Part shown: positions 50,916-63,869 of the stretch, one piece after another
How positions within the stretch are numbered: the first letter of the stretch is position 1
Layout: every line of letters begins with the position of its first letter
Origin: Octopus vulgaris
Lineage: Eukaryota
Assembly (NCBI GenBank): GCA_951406725.2
Contig: OX597815.1
Span: forward strand, 1,860,001-1,924,000
Reading direction: 5' to 3'
Length of the DNA stretch: 64,000 bases
Made by a program: the position numbers and the translations under genes
Notes under the pieces: model-generated
The model's input: the letters and a program-made list of their open reading frames with translations, nothing else
What the model was told of the DNA's origin: nothing
Databases searched by the model: none

Positions 50916-51300
50916 AGGAGGAGCTGTGTGGTTAGAAGTTTGCTTCCCAACCAAATAGTTCTGGGATAAGCCCCACTGCATGGCACCTTGGGCAGGTGTC
51001 TTTCTTACTATAGCCTCAGGCCAATCAAAGCTTTGTGAGTGGATTTGATGGAAATTGAAAAGAAGCCTGTTGTATAAATGTGTGTGATTGTCCCCCACCA
51101 TCATCACTTGGCAATGACAGTTGATGTGTTTATGTCCCCATAACTTAGTGGCTCAGCAAAAGAGACTGATAGAAAAAGTATCAGGCTTAAAAAGGTAAAA
51201 ATAAGTACAGGGGTTGATTCATTTAACTAAAAATTCTTCAAAGTAGCGCTCCAGCATGGTCACAGTCTCGTGACTGAAACAAGTAAAAGAATAAAAGATA
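50916..51300 (+). mobile_element. Family B SINE
   Basis: Match to family B. Confidence 0.8.
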
Positions 51301-52454
51301 TTCCGGGTGCTTGAATTTTTTCTGTTCTTTGTTTTAGATGACACTTAACATTTATTGGTAACGTAAAAATAAAGTATGAATATAAAGCAACAATTAAAAT
51401 ATATTAGGATGGTGTTGAATAATGGTTAAAATTAATTAGGCATTGAACCTTAAGCAGGCAGGGTTAAGTTCTTTGGTTGGGGATGATCTCCAGTGTTGCT
51501 AGTGAAATATGACCCTGTAACTGAGAGACAAGAGCTTGGTTCCTTCTCCACTCAATCATTAAACCTTTAACAATTCTAATAATGATGTAAAACAGTTGTG
51601 AAAGATGAGGTGTGGTGCTTATGGTGGAAGTGTTTTAACAGATCAACAGAGAAAGTTGCAAAGGAGAGAAAAAGAAGTTTCGAAACTCTGGTAATAAAGG
51701 ATAAATTCCAGCTCTAGACGATGAGGGGGGAAAAACTGGGAAACAGAAATTCTAGATGAACAAAGAATCCCTCAGCAGACATTAAGTCATTACAAAGAGA
51801 TTGAGAAAGTGTAAGGAATGGATTTTACTGATAAGAAGAAGAAGAATAAGAAGATGACGATGACGACCACCACCCACCACCACCACCACCATCATCATCA
51901 GTGTCCACTTTTCCATGCTGACAAATGGAATAGGTGAAGAGAGATTTCCTATGGTTGGATGCTCTTCCCGTCACCAACCCCAACATCCCCCTAAAGCCCG
52001 GACATTTTTCATGGAAGACTGGAAGAAAAGATCACTTGTTTGATGGTGATGCTCATTTACACCATCACATGATGTCAAGGCAAGGGGACACAGATGCACA
52101 TGATACCTCTCCCACCACATACCATGTGATCACGTGATCGACCAGACTATGGGATGCTGTTATGCATCACTGGTCACAATGCACTTTGCATTGTTCTAGC
52201 CTTCTAATGATGTGATCCCACTGGCTGGGTGAACAGGCCAACATCTGCCCCCCGACTTGAGTGCTAGCCCATTGGAGGGATACACATTTACAGCTGAGCA
52301 GACTGGGCCAACATAAAATGAAGTGTTTTACTCAAGAACATTAAACACAGCTTGGTCCAGGAATCAAACTCATGATCACTATATTGTGAGCACAACACCC
52401 TAACCAATGGGCCATATATATTCACACACACACACACACATGTATGTATGTATG

Positions 52455-53175
52455 TCATCATCATCATCGTTTAACGTCTGTTTTCCATGCTAGCACGGGG
52501 TGGACGATTTTGACTGAGGGCTGGTGAACCAGATGGCTGCACCAGGCTTCAATCTTGATCTGGCAGAGTTTCTACAGCTTGATGCTCTTCCTAACGCCAA
52601 CCACTCCGAGAGTGTAGTGGATGCTTTTATGTGCCACCGGCACGGGGCCAGTCAGGCGGTACTGGCAACGACCTCGCTCGAATCTTTTACACGTGCCACC
52701 GGCACAGATGCCAGTAAGGTGATGCTAGTAACAATCATGCTCGAATAGTGCTTTTTACATGCCTGAAATGAAATTTCCATAAAGATAAACTCTAGAAATA
52801 AACATTTAACTGAGCTGCTCTGTCAATGATCACACTCGTATGGTGCTCTTTGCACCCCGCTAGCATGGACGCCAGTCATCGAATTTGATTTTTGATTTCA
52901 CTTGCCTCAACAGGTCTTTGCAAGCAGATAGCACGTAAAAACACCTGTTGAACGTGGTCATTGCCAGAACCGCATGACTGGCCCTCATGCCAGTGGTACA
53001 TAAAAGCACCCACTACATTCTTGGAGTGGTTGGCGTTAGGAAGAGCATCCAGCTGTAGAAACCTTGCCAGATCAGATTGAGCCTGGTGCAGCCTCTGGCT
53101 CACTAGTCCTCAGTCAAACCGTCCAACCCATACCAGCATGGAAAGCTGATGTTAAACAATGATGATGATGATGAT
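52455..53175. mobile_element. Family A copies in opposite orientation (- 52455-52925; + 52930-53175)
   Basis: (CAT)n at the left end, (GAT)n at the right end. Confidence 0.8.
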
Positions 53176-53194
53176 ATATACACATATATAAAAT

Positions 53195-53428
53195 GGTGGT
53201 GAGCTGGCAAAAATGTTAGCGCTCTGGGCGAAATGCTTAGCAGTATTTCGTCTGCCGCTACGTTATGAGTTCAAATTCCGCTGAGGTCGACTTTGCCTTT
53301 CATTCTTTCGGGGTCGGTTAAATAAGTACCAGTTACACACTGGGGTCGATATAATCGACTTATTTCATTTGTCTGTCCTTGTTTGTCCCCTCTGTGTGTT
53401 TAGTCCCTTGCGGGTAATAAAGAAATAG
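53195..53428 (+). mobile_element. Family C SINE
   Basis: Match to family C. Confidence 0.85.
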
Positions 53429-53794
53429 ATAGATATACACACACACATATATAGTAGTTTTCTTTCAGTTTTTGCTTGCCAAATTCAATCCAAGGCTACA
53501 GTAGACAACATTTGCCCAAGATGCCATGTAGGGGGACTGAACCCAGAACCATACGGTTTGGAAGCCAAACTTCTTAACCACACAGCCACACTTAAAGCTA
53601 CGAGGATGAAAAATCGAAACAAGGAATTCTAAATGAGAAACTAATCTACCCAGACACCAAGTCATTAGCAGAAGATTGACGAAGTGTTAGGAATAGATCT
53701 ACTGATAAGAATTTACCGATAACAGAAGCAGAAAGCAATAATGGAAGAGAAGAGAGAGAGAAAAGGAAATTTAAAGACAAAGATCAATATGTTT

Positions 53795-54165
53795 TTATCT
53801 TTTACTTGTTTCAGTTATTAGACGGTGGCCATGCCGGAGCAGCACCTTGAAGAATTTTTGGTTGAAAAAACTGACCCCAGGATTTATTTATTTTTTGAGC
53901 CAGGTACTTGTTTTATTGGTCCCCTTTGCCAAACTGCTAGGTTATGGGGATGGAAACAAACCAACAATGGTTGTCAAGCAGTGGTGGAAGACAAATACAG
54001 GCACAAAGACACACACACAACGGGCTTCTTTCAGTTTCCATTTACCACATCTACTCAGAAGCCTTTGGTTGGCCCAAAGCTATAGAAGAAGACACTTGGC
54101 CAAGGTGAAAGGTAGTGGGACTGAACCTGGAACAATGTGGTTGGAAAGCAAACGTCTTGCCACGC
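53795..54165 (-). mobile_element. Family B SINE, diverged
   Basis: Reverse match to family B. Confidence 0.75.
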
Positions 54166-54744
54166 AACAATATTCTGCAGAATGGTTTCTTTCCTTTTTT
54201 TTTTGTTTTTCAAAGACTGATTCTACTTTGTAAGGTATTTTCCAAACAAAATATTTTTTGCTTTGGTTCCATTGGAGATATTTTTAGCTCATCTGAACTT
54301 CCTTGCCAATTCTAAACAAACAATTACAATGAAAGTTCAAAGAGTGCTAATACAAGTTAGGTGCAAGGATCCGGAACATTCAGTAAAAAACCAAATAATG
54401 AAACTGACATTATGTAGGTCTCTTAAATATACCAAAGAACTAATTTAGATGGCTTCTCTTCTATTTATAGTGGAACCAAGATGTCTACAGGCTTCTTCTA
54501 GTCTTTGGAATTTTACAGTTCTGTTTTAATATAGTCGGGGTCACTGAACATATCTAAGGTTTGGCACCAAAGTACCACCACCATCACCACCACCACTACA
54601 ACAGGAGAAAAAATATAATTTCCCAGAAATTCTGGAGGCTTAAACAAAATTCTTGGAGGAATATCCTGGTAACATCCTGGTTCTGTTGGAATAGTGTTAA
54701 TGAGGCATTGTGAAAAGAGCATCCACACACACTTGGAGCTACAT

Positions 54745-54780
<36 letters not shown>

Positions 54781-55168
54781 GTAGACAGACAGACAGACAA
54801 AGATGAACAAACAGATAGATGGACAGACAAACAAAGATAAAACAGGAGACAGTTCTTCAGAGATCTGGCCCAGTAGGGTTCTACTCATGGGCAGGTCCTG
54901 TGCATGTTAACCTTCTCCAGCACTCCTTATATAACCTGCGAGGGCCCATATCCACCCCTGCTGCCATTAAGTAGACTACCGGAGTGGTTTCCAGGTGCCT
55001 TCTCCAGCCGGGTGGGATTTGAACCCAGAATGTAGAGAGCTGAAAATACATTGGTCAGCCTGAGGCTATAGAAGACACTTGCTGCCCAAGGTAGGACATT
55101 GTGGAACCAAACTGGAAACCCTGATGTTGAAAAACAAACTTCATAACCATACAGCCATGCCTGAACCT

Positions 55169-55203
<35 letters not shown>

Positions 55204-55505
55204 CTGTTCCCAAACAAAATCAACTCTCAGCAAATGAGTGAAGTTGGACGCTCCATTGAGTAGCATTCAGTTAAATTATCTGCAATCCTTTCTCACAGCC
55301 AACTCAAAGTTCTGGTGGCCCACCACTGTCCATGCCTGTGTCCCTGTGTTATACTCTTTGCTCTTCCACTCTTGCTGAAGCATCAAACACACACACACAC
55401 TGATGTATCGCACACTCGACATACAATGCAACAGGATAATAAATTTCTTGGGGTTTCCTACTGCAGTTAACTATATTTTGAATGTAGTGAACAAAAAAGA
55501 ACTTA

Positions 55506-56020
55506 CTGTAAATCCCCAAGTATAATCCGCATTTCTTCCCCAAAATTTAAAGGTCAAAATCCCTAGTGTGCATTATATACGAGGTTAAAGATCAAAAAAT
55601 ATTTTCTAAGCAATGTCCGAGTCTTTATTTGCTGTCCGGCAATGTTTATTCAGACACGTTTTGTGATGTCGGGTGTGAAAATACCTTAAGCTAAGCCTGA
55701 AAGCAATGAAGTCATAAAAGAATCATCCATAACTTGCAGTAAGCAACATTTATTAAACGTTATTACTGTTATTTCTTTATTTTCTGCAAACAAAATGCAC
55801 AAAAAAGCTACACGTTTGCATTATGTTATATATACAATTATAATAATAAAGGAAGTTACCCTATACATTTTTACAAACCAAAGATGTTATGTAGACCTCT
55901 TTGACTCAAGTTACAGATGGGTGCGTATTATACACAAGGTTTAGGTTTTTCAGAGATACAGCCCCCTAAAAATCCCCTGCGTATTATACTCAAGGGCGGA
56001 TTATACTCGAGGATTTATGG
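55506..56020. mobile_element. Tc2/pogo-like MITE with TA TSD
   Basis: TA|CTGTAAATCCCCAAGTATAATCCGC ... GCGGATTATACTCGAGGATTTATGG|TA; subterminal GCGTATTATA repeats. Confidence 0.8.
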
Positions 56021-56904
56021 TAATTAAAATTAGATCTGTGATGAGATGAAGAGTCATTGCTGTTAATGAATATTTTTGCCAAAGGGAAAAGGGAGAGATC
56101 CCAGAAATTTGAATTAATTAAAAATTAAATGGAGAAGACATGTAGCAGTATCTCTCAATTTAGGTAAGAAGGGTGATAATTGTGTACATGTTTCAATCTT
56201 ATCAGTCCTCATCAGTGGACTAGCTTGATGTGTACTTACCAGATCTTAGAACTATTGACAGGGTGTAGCCTCTGTATATGAAAATAATAATTTAAAATAA
56301 CATTAGAAACTTTCCCAGAGGTATGTTATTTCACTGAGTTGTTAAGAATACAACTGGAATTACTAGGAAATGGTTAGTTTCAAGAGACTGGCATCATCTT
56401 CAAGAAGGAAATCTGTTTTCTTGATGCCATTAATACTGAGATTAAATGCCTTGGTTCTGTTGAAGCTACGGATTTCACTTCCCATTACTGCAAACCAAAT
56501 TAATTTAATTAGTTGAAGTACATTAACGAGTGCCTACTTCACTGCTAATTCTTTAATCACTATCATTACATAAAGGAAGATTTTAGAGAATATATTACAA
56601 CATTTAGATGCTTGTTGGCATGACAACCATTCCAAATGTTCAGTTTTCTAAATAGAGGTAAGAAAAAACATCTGTGACCCAATAGAGAAATCAAACAGAA
56701 TTTCAAATTGTAATCACACACAAAAAGTTTTATGCTCTCCTCCCTCTCCTCCAATTCCTCCACTGAGGAGGACAAATAAGACTGAACCATGTACAGTTAT
56801 CACGCTTCATACCAAAGATGAGGCATACCGTGAGATGTGTGTCTTCCATTTAATTTTTCATTAAATCAAATTTCTGGGTTTTCTCCCTTCCCTCTTTAAA
56901 AAAA

Positions 56905-56990
56905 AATGCAAAATTTTTACTTTTCAAAAATTCCAATTCTAAAGGGTCGAAAAGAAAACAAACCCGAGCAATGCTGGGCTATACTGCTAG
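56905..56990 (+). mobile_element. Helitron H1 3'-end fragment
   Basis: Hairpin plus CTAG|T, matches 37165-37244. Confidence 0.7.
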
Positions 56991-57809
56991 TATTCTTAAA
57001 ATATACAATTCCATTGTAGTTGATCTCAAGAAGAGAATCCATCTGTAGAAACCTAGAGCTCAATGCAGTCACTTGGCTCACTGGATCCTCTCAAACCATC
57101 TGATCCATGGAAGACAGACATGTGATAATGGTAATGCTTCCATAAGAGTTGTTCTGCTGTACATTTTATAGGAAACACACACTTCAAGACATGAAAACAG
57201 AATCAGAATTATTGGAGTTCTACATGAAGATTTTCCTAAACTTAAGACTTCAGTTGAATACAACCAAAAAAAGTTCTTTTAGAGAGGAAACGGAAGATAC
57301 AAAGACTAAAATAAAAAAGTTTGAAGGAAATTATGCTCTAAAATGGTAAATAAAATTCTACTACATACTAATTTAAATCTCCGTTATCTAATAGAAGCAG
57401 CCTTAATTGGCTAAAAGCAACGATTTTATTCAGAATACAGGAAATAAACAAGAGGAGAGCGAAATCTTAATGGAACTTGTTTAACTGTTGCCCTTGAAGG
57501 CAAATTCTGATCAAAAGACTTGGTTTGTGAACAGCCATTAGAACCAGAGCAGAAATGGTGCCAGAGGGTTACCAATGCAGTTAGAATTTAGTAATTATCG
57601 TTCAAAAATAAATAATAAACCAATGGAGGACCAATTCCACTTACTAGAAATACGTTACAATTTCTCTGATTTCATTAAAATAGAAAATAAAATTGTACTT
57701 TTTAAGATTTTCTTAGTTTAATTTCGGTTTTCTATTTTATCCTTATGAAATTACTTGTTTAATAGAAATTAAAAATAGACAAAACACAAAGTACCATCAA
57801 GTTTGTATA

Positions 57810-57844
<35 letters not shown>

Positions 57845-58613
57845 AGTATCTATTCTACATGTGTATTTTCATTAAAAATTAATTGCTTTCCTTAATATAC
57901 AGATATAATAAAAGAAAACAAAATATAAAAAAAACTCCAACCATTCTGTTTGTTAATCTGTTTCATTTATAATCCAAAGAGAAAATGGCAAAAACTTTAC
58001 TGGCATCATCCACACTTTCTCATAGAGTTCTTTCTTCAAAGGTAACACCATCATCCTAATTTGATATCAGAAACTTCAAGTGTGAAAACGAATCTACCTG
58101 TTAAGCACTGATATTCTATTTGTCTGTGTTGTGGGCAGCAACTCCCAGGTTTCTAACCAAAGTGACAAGATTGACACAGAAGAATTTATCCCAACAAGTG
58201 ACTGCCCTCACCCATGCTCCAAATTGCAAATGTTAAATACTGAGGAAAGACAATAGGTTCTCACTGCCTTTGAGAAAGCAGCAACGTCCAAACTCATTTA
58301 CGCAGCCATATTGAAGTTTATATCCTTCGGATGTTGATGAGGTTTACAATGGTGCAGTGAGGAATTCTGGTTTCTAACCAAACTTTAAGCAACTGAATAT
58401 GCCCCCCCCTCACTCTACTGACTTTATTAATCCTGGCACTGGTGTAGTGGTGTGGGCAAGAAGTTTCCTTCCCAACCACATGGCTTCAGGTTCAATACCA
58501 ATGCCAAACAACTAGTGTCGTCTACTATAGCTACAAGTATACTAAGGCCTCGTGAGTAGATTTGGTAGGTGATATATAAAAGGCAGCAAGCTGGCAGAAA
58601 GCTAGCACGCTTT

Positions 58614-59125
58614 AAATGCAAATTTAAAGATGTTTATTCACTTGACCGGTTTCATGTTTGTTTGGTAATATATATATATATACACAGGAGATATATTTAA
58701 GAGTTTACAAAGAATTCGAGAGGAACCAACCTGTCTTTCTGGCCAGAAATGCCAGGTCGGTTCCACTCAAATTCTTTGTAAACTATTAAATATATCTCCT
58801 TCTGTATATATATATACTACAAACATGATTTTTTTTATTGAACTCCTAAAACTTTTTGTTGAATATTTTCTTAAATACTTTCTTGTAAACTGTTTTTAAC
58901 ATTTTCTTATTATTATCAAAGAATATATATATGTATTGTAATATTTTGTGACAACCAGTACTTAACGCAACAAAGCTTTTACAAAGCTTTACATTTTACT
59001 TTTGACAATCTTTTTATAAAAAAGTGAAACCAGTCAAGTGAATAAACATCTTTAAAATTGCATTTTCAAACCTTCTTTCATATATATTTCCACTCGTGTG
59101 GTACCTTACAACTTCACTTTGTTAG
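58614..59125 (+). mobile_element. Nested double fold-back element with decayed hammerhead
   Basis: Outer arms 58614-58654 and 59025-59065; inner palindrome centred on GGCC 58741-58744. Confidence 0.75.
58995..59042 (+). ncRNA. Decayed type I hammerhead
   Basis: TTTACTT-TTGACAA (from CTGACGA)-tCTTTTT(ATA)AAAAAGt-GAAA-CCAG-TC-AAGTGAA; the inverted arm keeps GAAACCGGTC. Confidence 0.55.
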
Positions 59126-59329
59126 ATATATATACACACACTATTTATAGTCCACACTGTAAAGCTGTTGGCATTAGGAAGGGCATCCAAAGTAAACAAC
59201 AGAGTCAATGTATTCCTTGGACACATTGGTTCCTGTCAAACTGTCCAACCCAGGCCAGCATGGGACATGAACGCTAAATGATATTTATATATATATACAT
59301 ATATATACATGTGTGTGTGTGTGTGTATA

Positions 59330-59610
59330 TGGCAGGTCCACCTGACTGGCTCTTGTGGTGGTGGCACACAAAAAGTATTATCCAAACATGATCCATGCCA
59401 GGCCTGCCTGACTGGCTCCTGTGCCGGTGGCATGTAAACACGCACCCACTACACTCTCGGAGTGGTTGGCATTAGGAAGGGCATCCAGCTGTAGACACTC
59501 TGCCAGATCAAGATTGGAGCCTGGTGCAGCCATCTGGTTTGCCAGTCCTCAGTCAAACCGTCCAACCCATGGCAGCGTGGAAAACGGACAATAAACGATG
59601 ATGATGATGA
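59330..59610 (+). mobile_element. Family A copy
   Basis: Family A motif and tail. Confidence 0.8.
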
Positions 59611-59620
59611 ATACATGCAC

Positions 59621-59776
59621 GTGTGGTAAGTAGCTTGCTTCCCAACCACATGGTTCCGGGTTCAGTCCCACTGCGTGGCATCTTGGGCAAGTGTCTTCTA
59701 CTATAGCCCCGGGCCGACCAATGCCTTGTGAGTGGATTTGGTAGACAGAAACTGAAAGAAGCCTGTCGTATATATG

Positions 59777-59807
<31 letters not shown>

Positions 59808-59990
59808 TTGTGAGTCTGTGTTTGTCCCCCTAGCATTGCTTGACAACTGATGCGGTTCAGCAAAAGAGACCGATAGAATAAGTACTGGGCTTACAAAGAA
59901 TAAGTCCCGGGGTCGATTTGCTCGACTAAAAGGCGGTGCTCCAGCATGGCCGCAGTCAAATGACTGAAACAGGTAAAAGAGTAAAAGAGT
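59621..59990 (+). mobile_element. Family B SINE
   Basis: Match to family B. Confidence 0.85.
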
Positions 59991-60259
59991 TATGCACACA
60001 AACACACACACACAAACACACACAATACAGTAATTTTCTTTTAAAAAATGAAAATTAAAAAAACTAAAAAAAACTTGAGAACGTTCCAGTCATGTTTTGT
60101 TTATACATCAAACAGCATTTAGTCTATTGAAGAACACCTGAAGGAAAATACTGTTCTGAGTTGTAAGACAAGAAGGTGAGAAACAGGCTGAGTGAACTGA
60201 GTGACTCCTTAACAGGAAGAGGAGGAGGAAAAGGAGAAGCAGGGTGGTGGTGGTGGTGG

Positions 60260-60307
<48 letters not shown>

Positions 60308-60488
60308 GGCTTGTTCAGTGAGTAACAAAAACACTCAAGAAAATGAAGTTACAAACCAACGATGGGTGAACGTTATTGAGTTTGCTGCATGAGCGATTAC
60401 AAAATGAAGACTGCTGCTGCTGCTGCTGTTGAATTCAGGTTGACCTCATTCATAATGGTCTTTCATCTCAGATATATATATCAGTCCT

Positions 60489-60860
60489 GTGGAGGCGCAA
60501 TGGCCCAGTGGTTAGGGCAGCGGACTCGCGGTCATAGGATCGCGGTTTTGATTCCCAGACCGGGCGTTGTGAGTGTTTATTGAGCGAAAACACCTAAAAG
60601 CTCCACGAGGCTCCGGCAGGGGATGGTGGTGATCCCTACTGTACTCTTTCACCACAACTTTCTCTCACTGTTGTACCTGTATTTCAAAGGGCCAGCCTTG
60701 TCACTCTCTGTGTCACGCTGAATATCCCTGAGAACTGCGTTAAGGGTACACGTGTCTGTGGATGCTCAGCCACTTACACGTTAATTTCACGAGCAGGCTG
60801 TTCCGTTGATTCGGATCAACCGGAACCCTCATCGTTGTAACCGACAGAGTGCTTCCATCC
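60489..60860 (+). mobile_element. Family D tRNA-derived SINE with 13-bp TSD
   Basis: A box TGGCCCAGTGG, B-box-like GGTTTTGATTCCC; TSD ATATATCAGTCCT at 60476-60488 and 60861-60873. Confidence 0.88.
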
Positions 60861-61256
60861 ATATATCAGTCCTACCCAGGAATCTTTTATTCAAGGAGTA
60901 TCTAGGACTACATTTATTCAATGTGACCTTTCTTTTGAATGAGTGGGGTGTGATTTGAAGGAGATTTGGTTGTTAGAATGACTGCAACATAGGGGCCTCT
61001 TTGTGCTGGTGGTAGAAGAATTAGTTGGGATTAAGGCGCCAAGCTGGCAGAATCGTTAACCTACTGGTCAAAATGCTTACCGGCATTTTGTCTATCTTTA
61101 CATTCTGAGTTCAAATTCCCCTGAGGTCAACATGGTTTTTCAACCTTTTGAGGGTCAATAAAATAAAATTGTTACTCTAGATGATAACAGAGTCAATGGT
61201 ATCTTTGCAAATTATCTTTTCACAAATTATTTACTCGATATATATATATATATATA

Positions 61257-61587
61257 GCCTCGCCTGGCCCCCGTGCCGGTGGCACGCAAAAAGCACCATC
61301 CGATCGTGGCCATTGCCAGCCTCGCCTGGCCCGTGCCGGTGGCACGTAAAAAGCACCATCCGTCCGTGGCCATTTGCCAGCTCCGTCAGGCACCTGTGCG
61401 GTTGGCATGTAAAAAGCACCCACTACACTCACTGAGTGGTTGGCGTTAGGAAGGGCATCCAGCCGTAGAAACACTGCCAGATCAGACTGGAGCCTGGTGC
61501 AGCCTTCTGGCTTCACAGACCCCATCTGAACTGTCCAACCCATGCTAGCATGGAAAGCGGACGCTAAACGATGATGATGATGATGAT
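61257..61587 (+). mobile_element. Family A copy (young, CpG-rich units)
   Basis: ~62-bp units, (GAT)n tail. Confidence 0.85.
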
Positions 61588-61998
61588 ATGTATACACACA
61601 CACAAACGTGTCAGAGAGAGTGAAAGATGCAGGCTCAGTTTCTGTTCACAAAGTACCAGTTGAGCAGTGGTGGTGGTGGTTGGGGGGTGGGGTTTGATGT
61701 AATAGGCTTAACCACCACCCGCTACACTCACAAAATTACTGGCATTGTGCCAAACTTTGAAACCGATAAATTAGTTGTGATTCAAATATATTGGAGTAGA
61801 AATGTGGAAATTGTTGTTTGTCTTGGTACCAAAAGGCAGACATCAGTCTGTTGCCATGTGGCAGTGAACCACATGTAGTGAGTGCATATGACTTATAGCC
61901 ATTGGAGAGGAAAGAATTGGTTTTGTGGCAGTGCCAAAGGGAACAAACACAGAAAAACAGACAACTAATTGATTGAATAATTAATGGGTTTGTATTAA

Positions 61999-62203
61999 TT
62001 AACCTTTTAGCATTAAAATTTCTTTATCAAAAATATTGCTTATTCACATTGTTTAGAATAAATCACACAATATTTTGTAGCTTCAAGATTTCAATGGTAC
62101 ACTTTAGAATGGCATTGTAGGGTAGGTGTGAGAGGCTGGATCTGGTCACTTTTAACATAAAACTGGTGGAATATTTGGGCTGGTTTAAACGTTAAATGGT
62201 TAA
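61999..62203. mobile_element. TTAA MITE family P1
   Basis: TTAA ends, homologous to 6693-6920. Confidence 0.65.
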
Positions 62204-63257
62204 AGTAAATGGCCTAAAGACCTAAAATAAGTATCAGTTGAGCACTGGAGTTGATGTAATCAACTTACCTCCTCCCCCGATATTGCTGGCCTTGTGCCAA
62301 AATTTGAGACCAATATTTAGCTTCAATGGTGATGGTACCACATAAAAATGGTGCTGGTGCCACCTGATAAGCACCCAGTGGTTGGCATTAAGTAGGGAAC
62401 CCAGTCATAGAGACCATGCCAAAACAGACAATGGAAGCTAATGTGGCTCCTGGCCTTGCCAGGTCCTGTCAAACCGTCCAACCCTTGTCAGCATGGACAA
62501 CAGATGTTAAGTGATGATGATAATGATGATGAGTCTAAATTTTAAAAGTAAACTGTATGGAACCATTAGGATTTTCCCACACCTGGTATTCATAAAGTAG
62601 CTACCAGTAATATATTTGGGGTCACTTAGTTGATTAAGCAGCTTCCACGTCAAAACTGGGTCTTGTGCCTGATCTACAGAAAATTAATACTGTTTCCTGA
62701 TGGAAGGTCAAATATTTTGGAGGAAGGAAAGGTATGAACACATTGACCCAATTACATGACTGGTATTCTATTTTATCAACCTTGTGAAGATGAAAAAAGT
62801 TAAAGTTGACTCCCACCATGGGGCTGGAACTCATAACATAAAAATTCAAGTCCATGCACTACAACATCAATGATGACCTTCACTTTATTATTTCCTGTCT
62901 CTGTAAAGATGAAATTTGGTAAACAGCGGAAAGAATGGGAAGATTAAAATTCTGTATTTTCCAGGAATTATTTTACAAAATGAATTCAAATTCTTTCTTG
63001 CAAAAATTTAAAAAAAAAAAACAGAGAGAGAGAAAACAATGGTAAAAAAAAATAAAAATAAAACTGCCATTCACCAGAGACTAATTAGTCATTAACTGAA
63101 GCTGTTTCTTCATGCATTCTGAGATTCTGCCAATTGTTTCTTTAATAACCTTTATACATCTTCCAGGTGATTGGTCAACACAACCTCCCACTAATTTTAA
63201 TGGCTGCATTATTGGAAAATAGTCTCTTTAATTATTCTACAACCATTAAATACATAC

Positions 63258-63633
63258 ACATGAACATCGAAATAAATATCAATGGAAATAGTAGTTGTGA
63301 TACCTGTGCCGGTGGCACGTAAAAAGCACCATCCGAACGTGGCCGATGCCAGCGCCGCCTTGGCTGGCTTCCGTGCAGGTGGCACGTTAAAAGCACCAAC
63401 TGATCGTGGCCGATGCCAGACTCCCCTGGCACCTGTGCCAGTGGCACGTAAAAAGCACCCACTACACTCATGGAGTGGTTGGCATTAGGAAGGACATCCA
63501 GCTGTAGAAACACTGCCAGATCAGACTGGAGCCTGGTGCAGCCCCTGGCTTCCCAGACCCCGGTAGAACCGTCCAACCCATGCTAGCATGGAAAGCAGAC
63601 GTTAAACGATGATGATGATGATGATGATGATGA
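63258..63633 (+). mobile_element. Family A copy
   Basis: Units and (GAT)n tail. Confidence 0.85.
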
Positions 63634-63869
63634 CAGCAGAATAACATAACTTTTGGTTGTGTAGCAAAAGATGTTGATTAACAGTCACATGAGGCCAGAA
63701 TTGGTGCCACTGCACAAGATTTTGGATGAATGTCCTCTGCCATGACTAGAAACCAATATGTTGTGAGTGGAATTTAGTAAACTGAAACTGAACCTACATC
63801 TTTCACTCTCTATCGAACGTGTGTGTGTGTATGTATGTATGCAGGTGGCAAGTAAAGAAACACCTTTTC

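Noticed and set aside
60491-60565. tRNA-like sequences (also 7443, 14749, 2598)
   Set aside because: SINE heads continuous with repeat bodies; no complete cloverleaf.
253-63576. Recurring short ORFs with LQLDALPNANH, RASFSFRLPNPL or FYVPPA motifs
   Set aside because: Chance translations of family A, B and C repeats, not a protein family.
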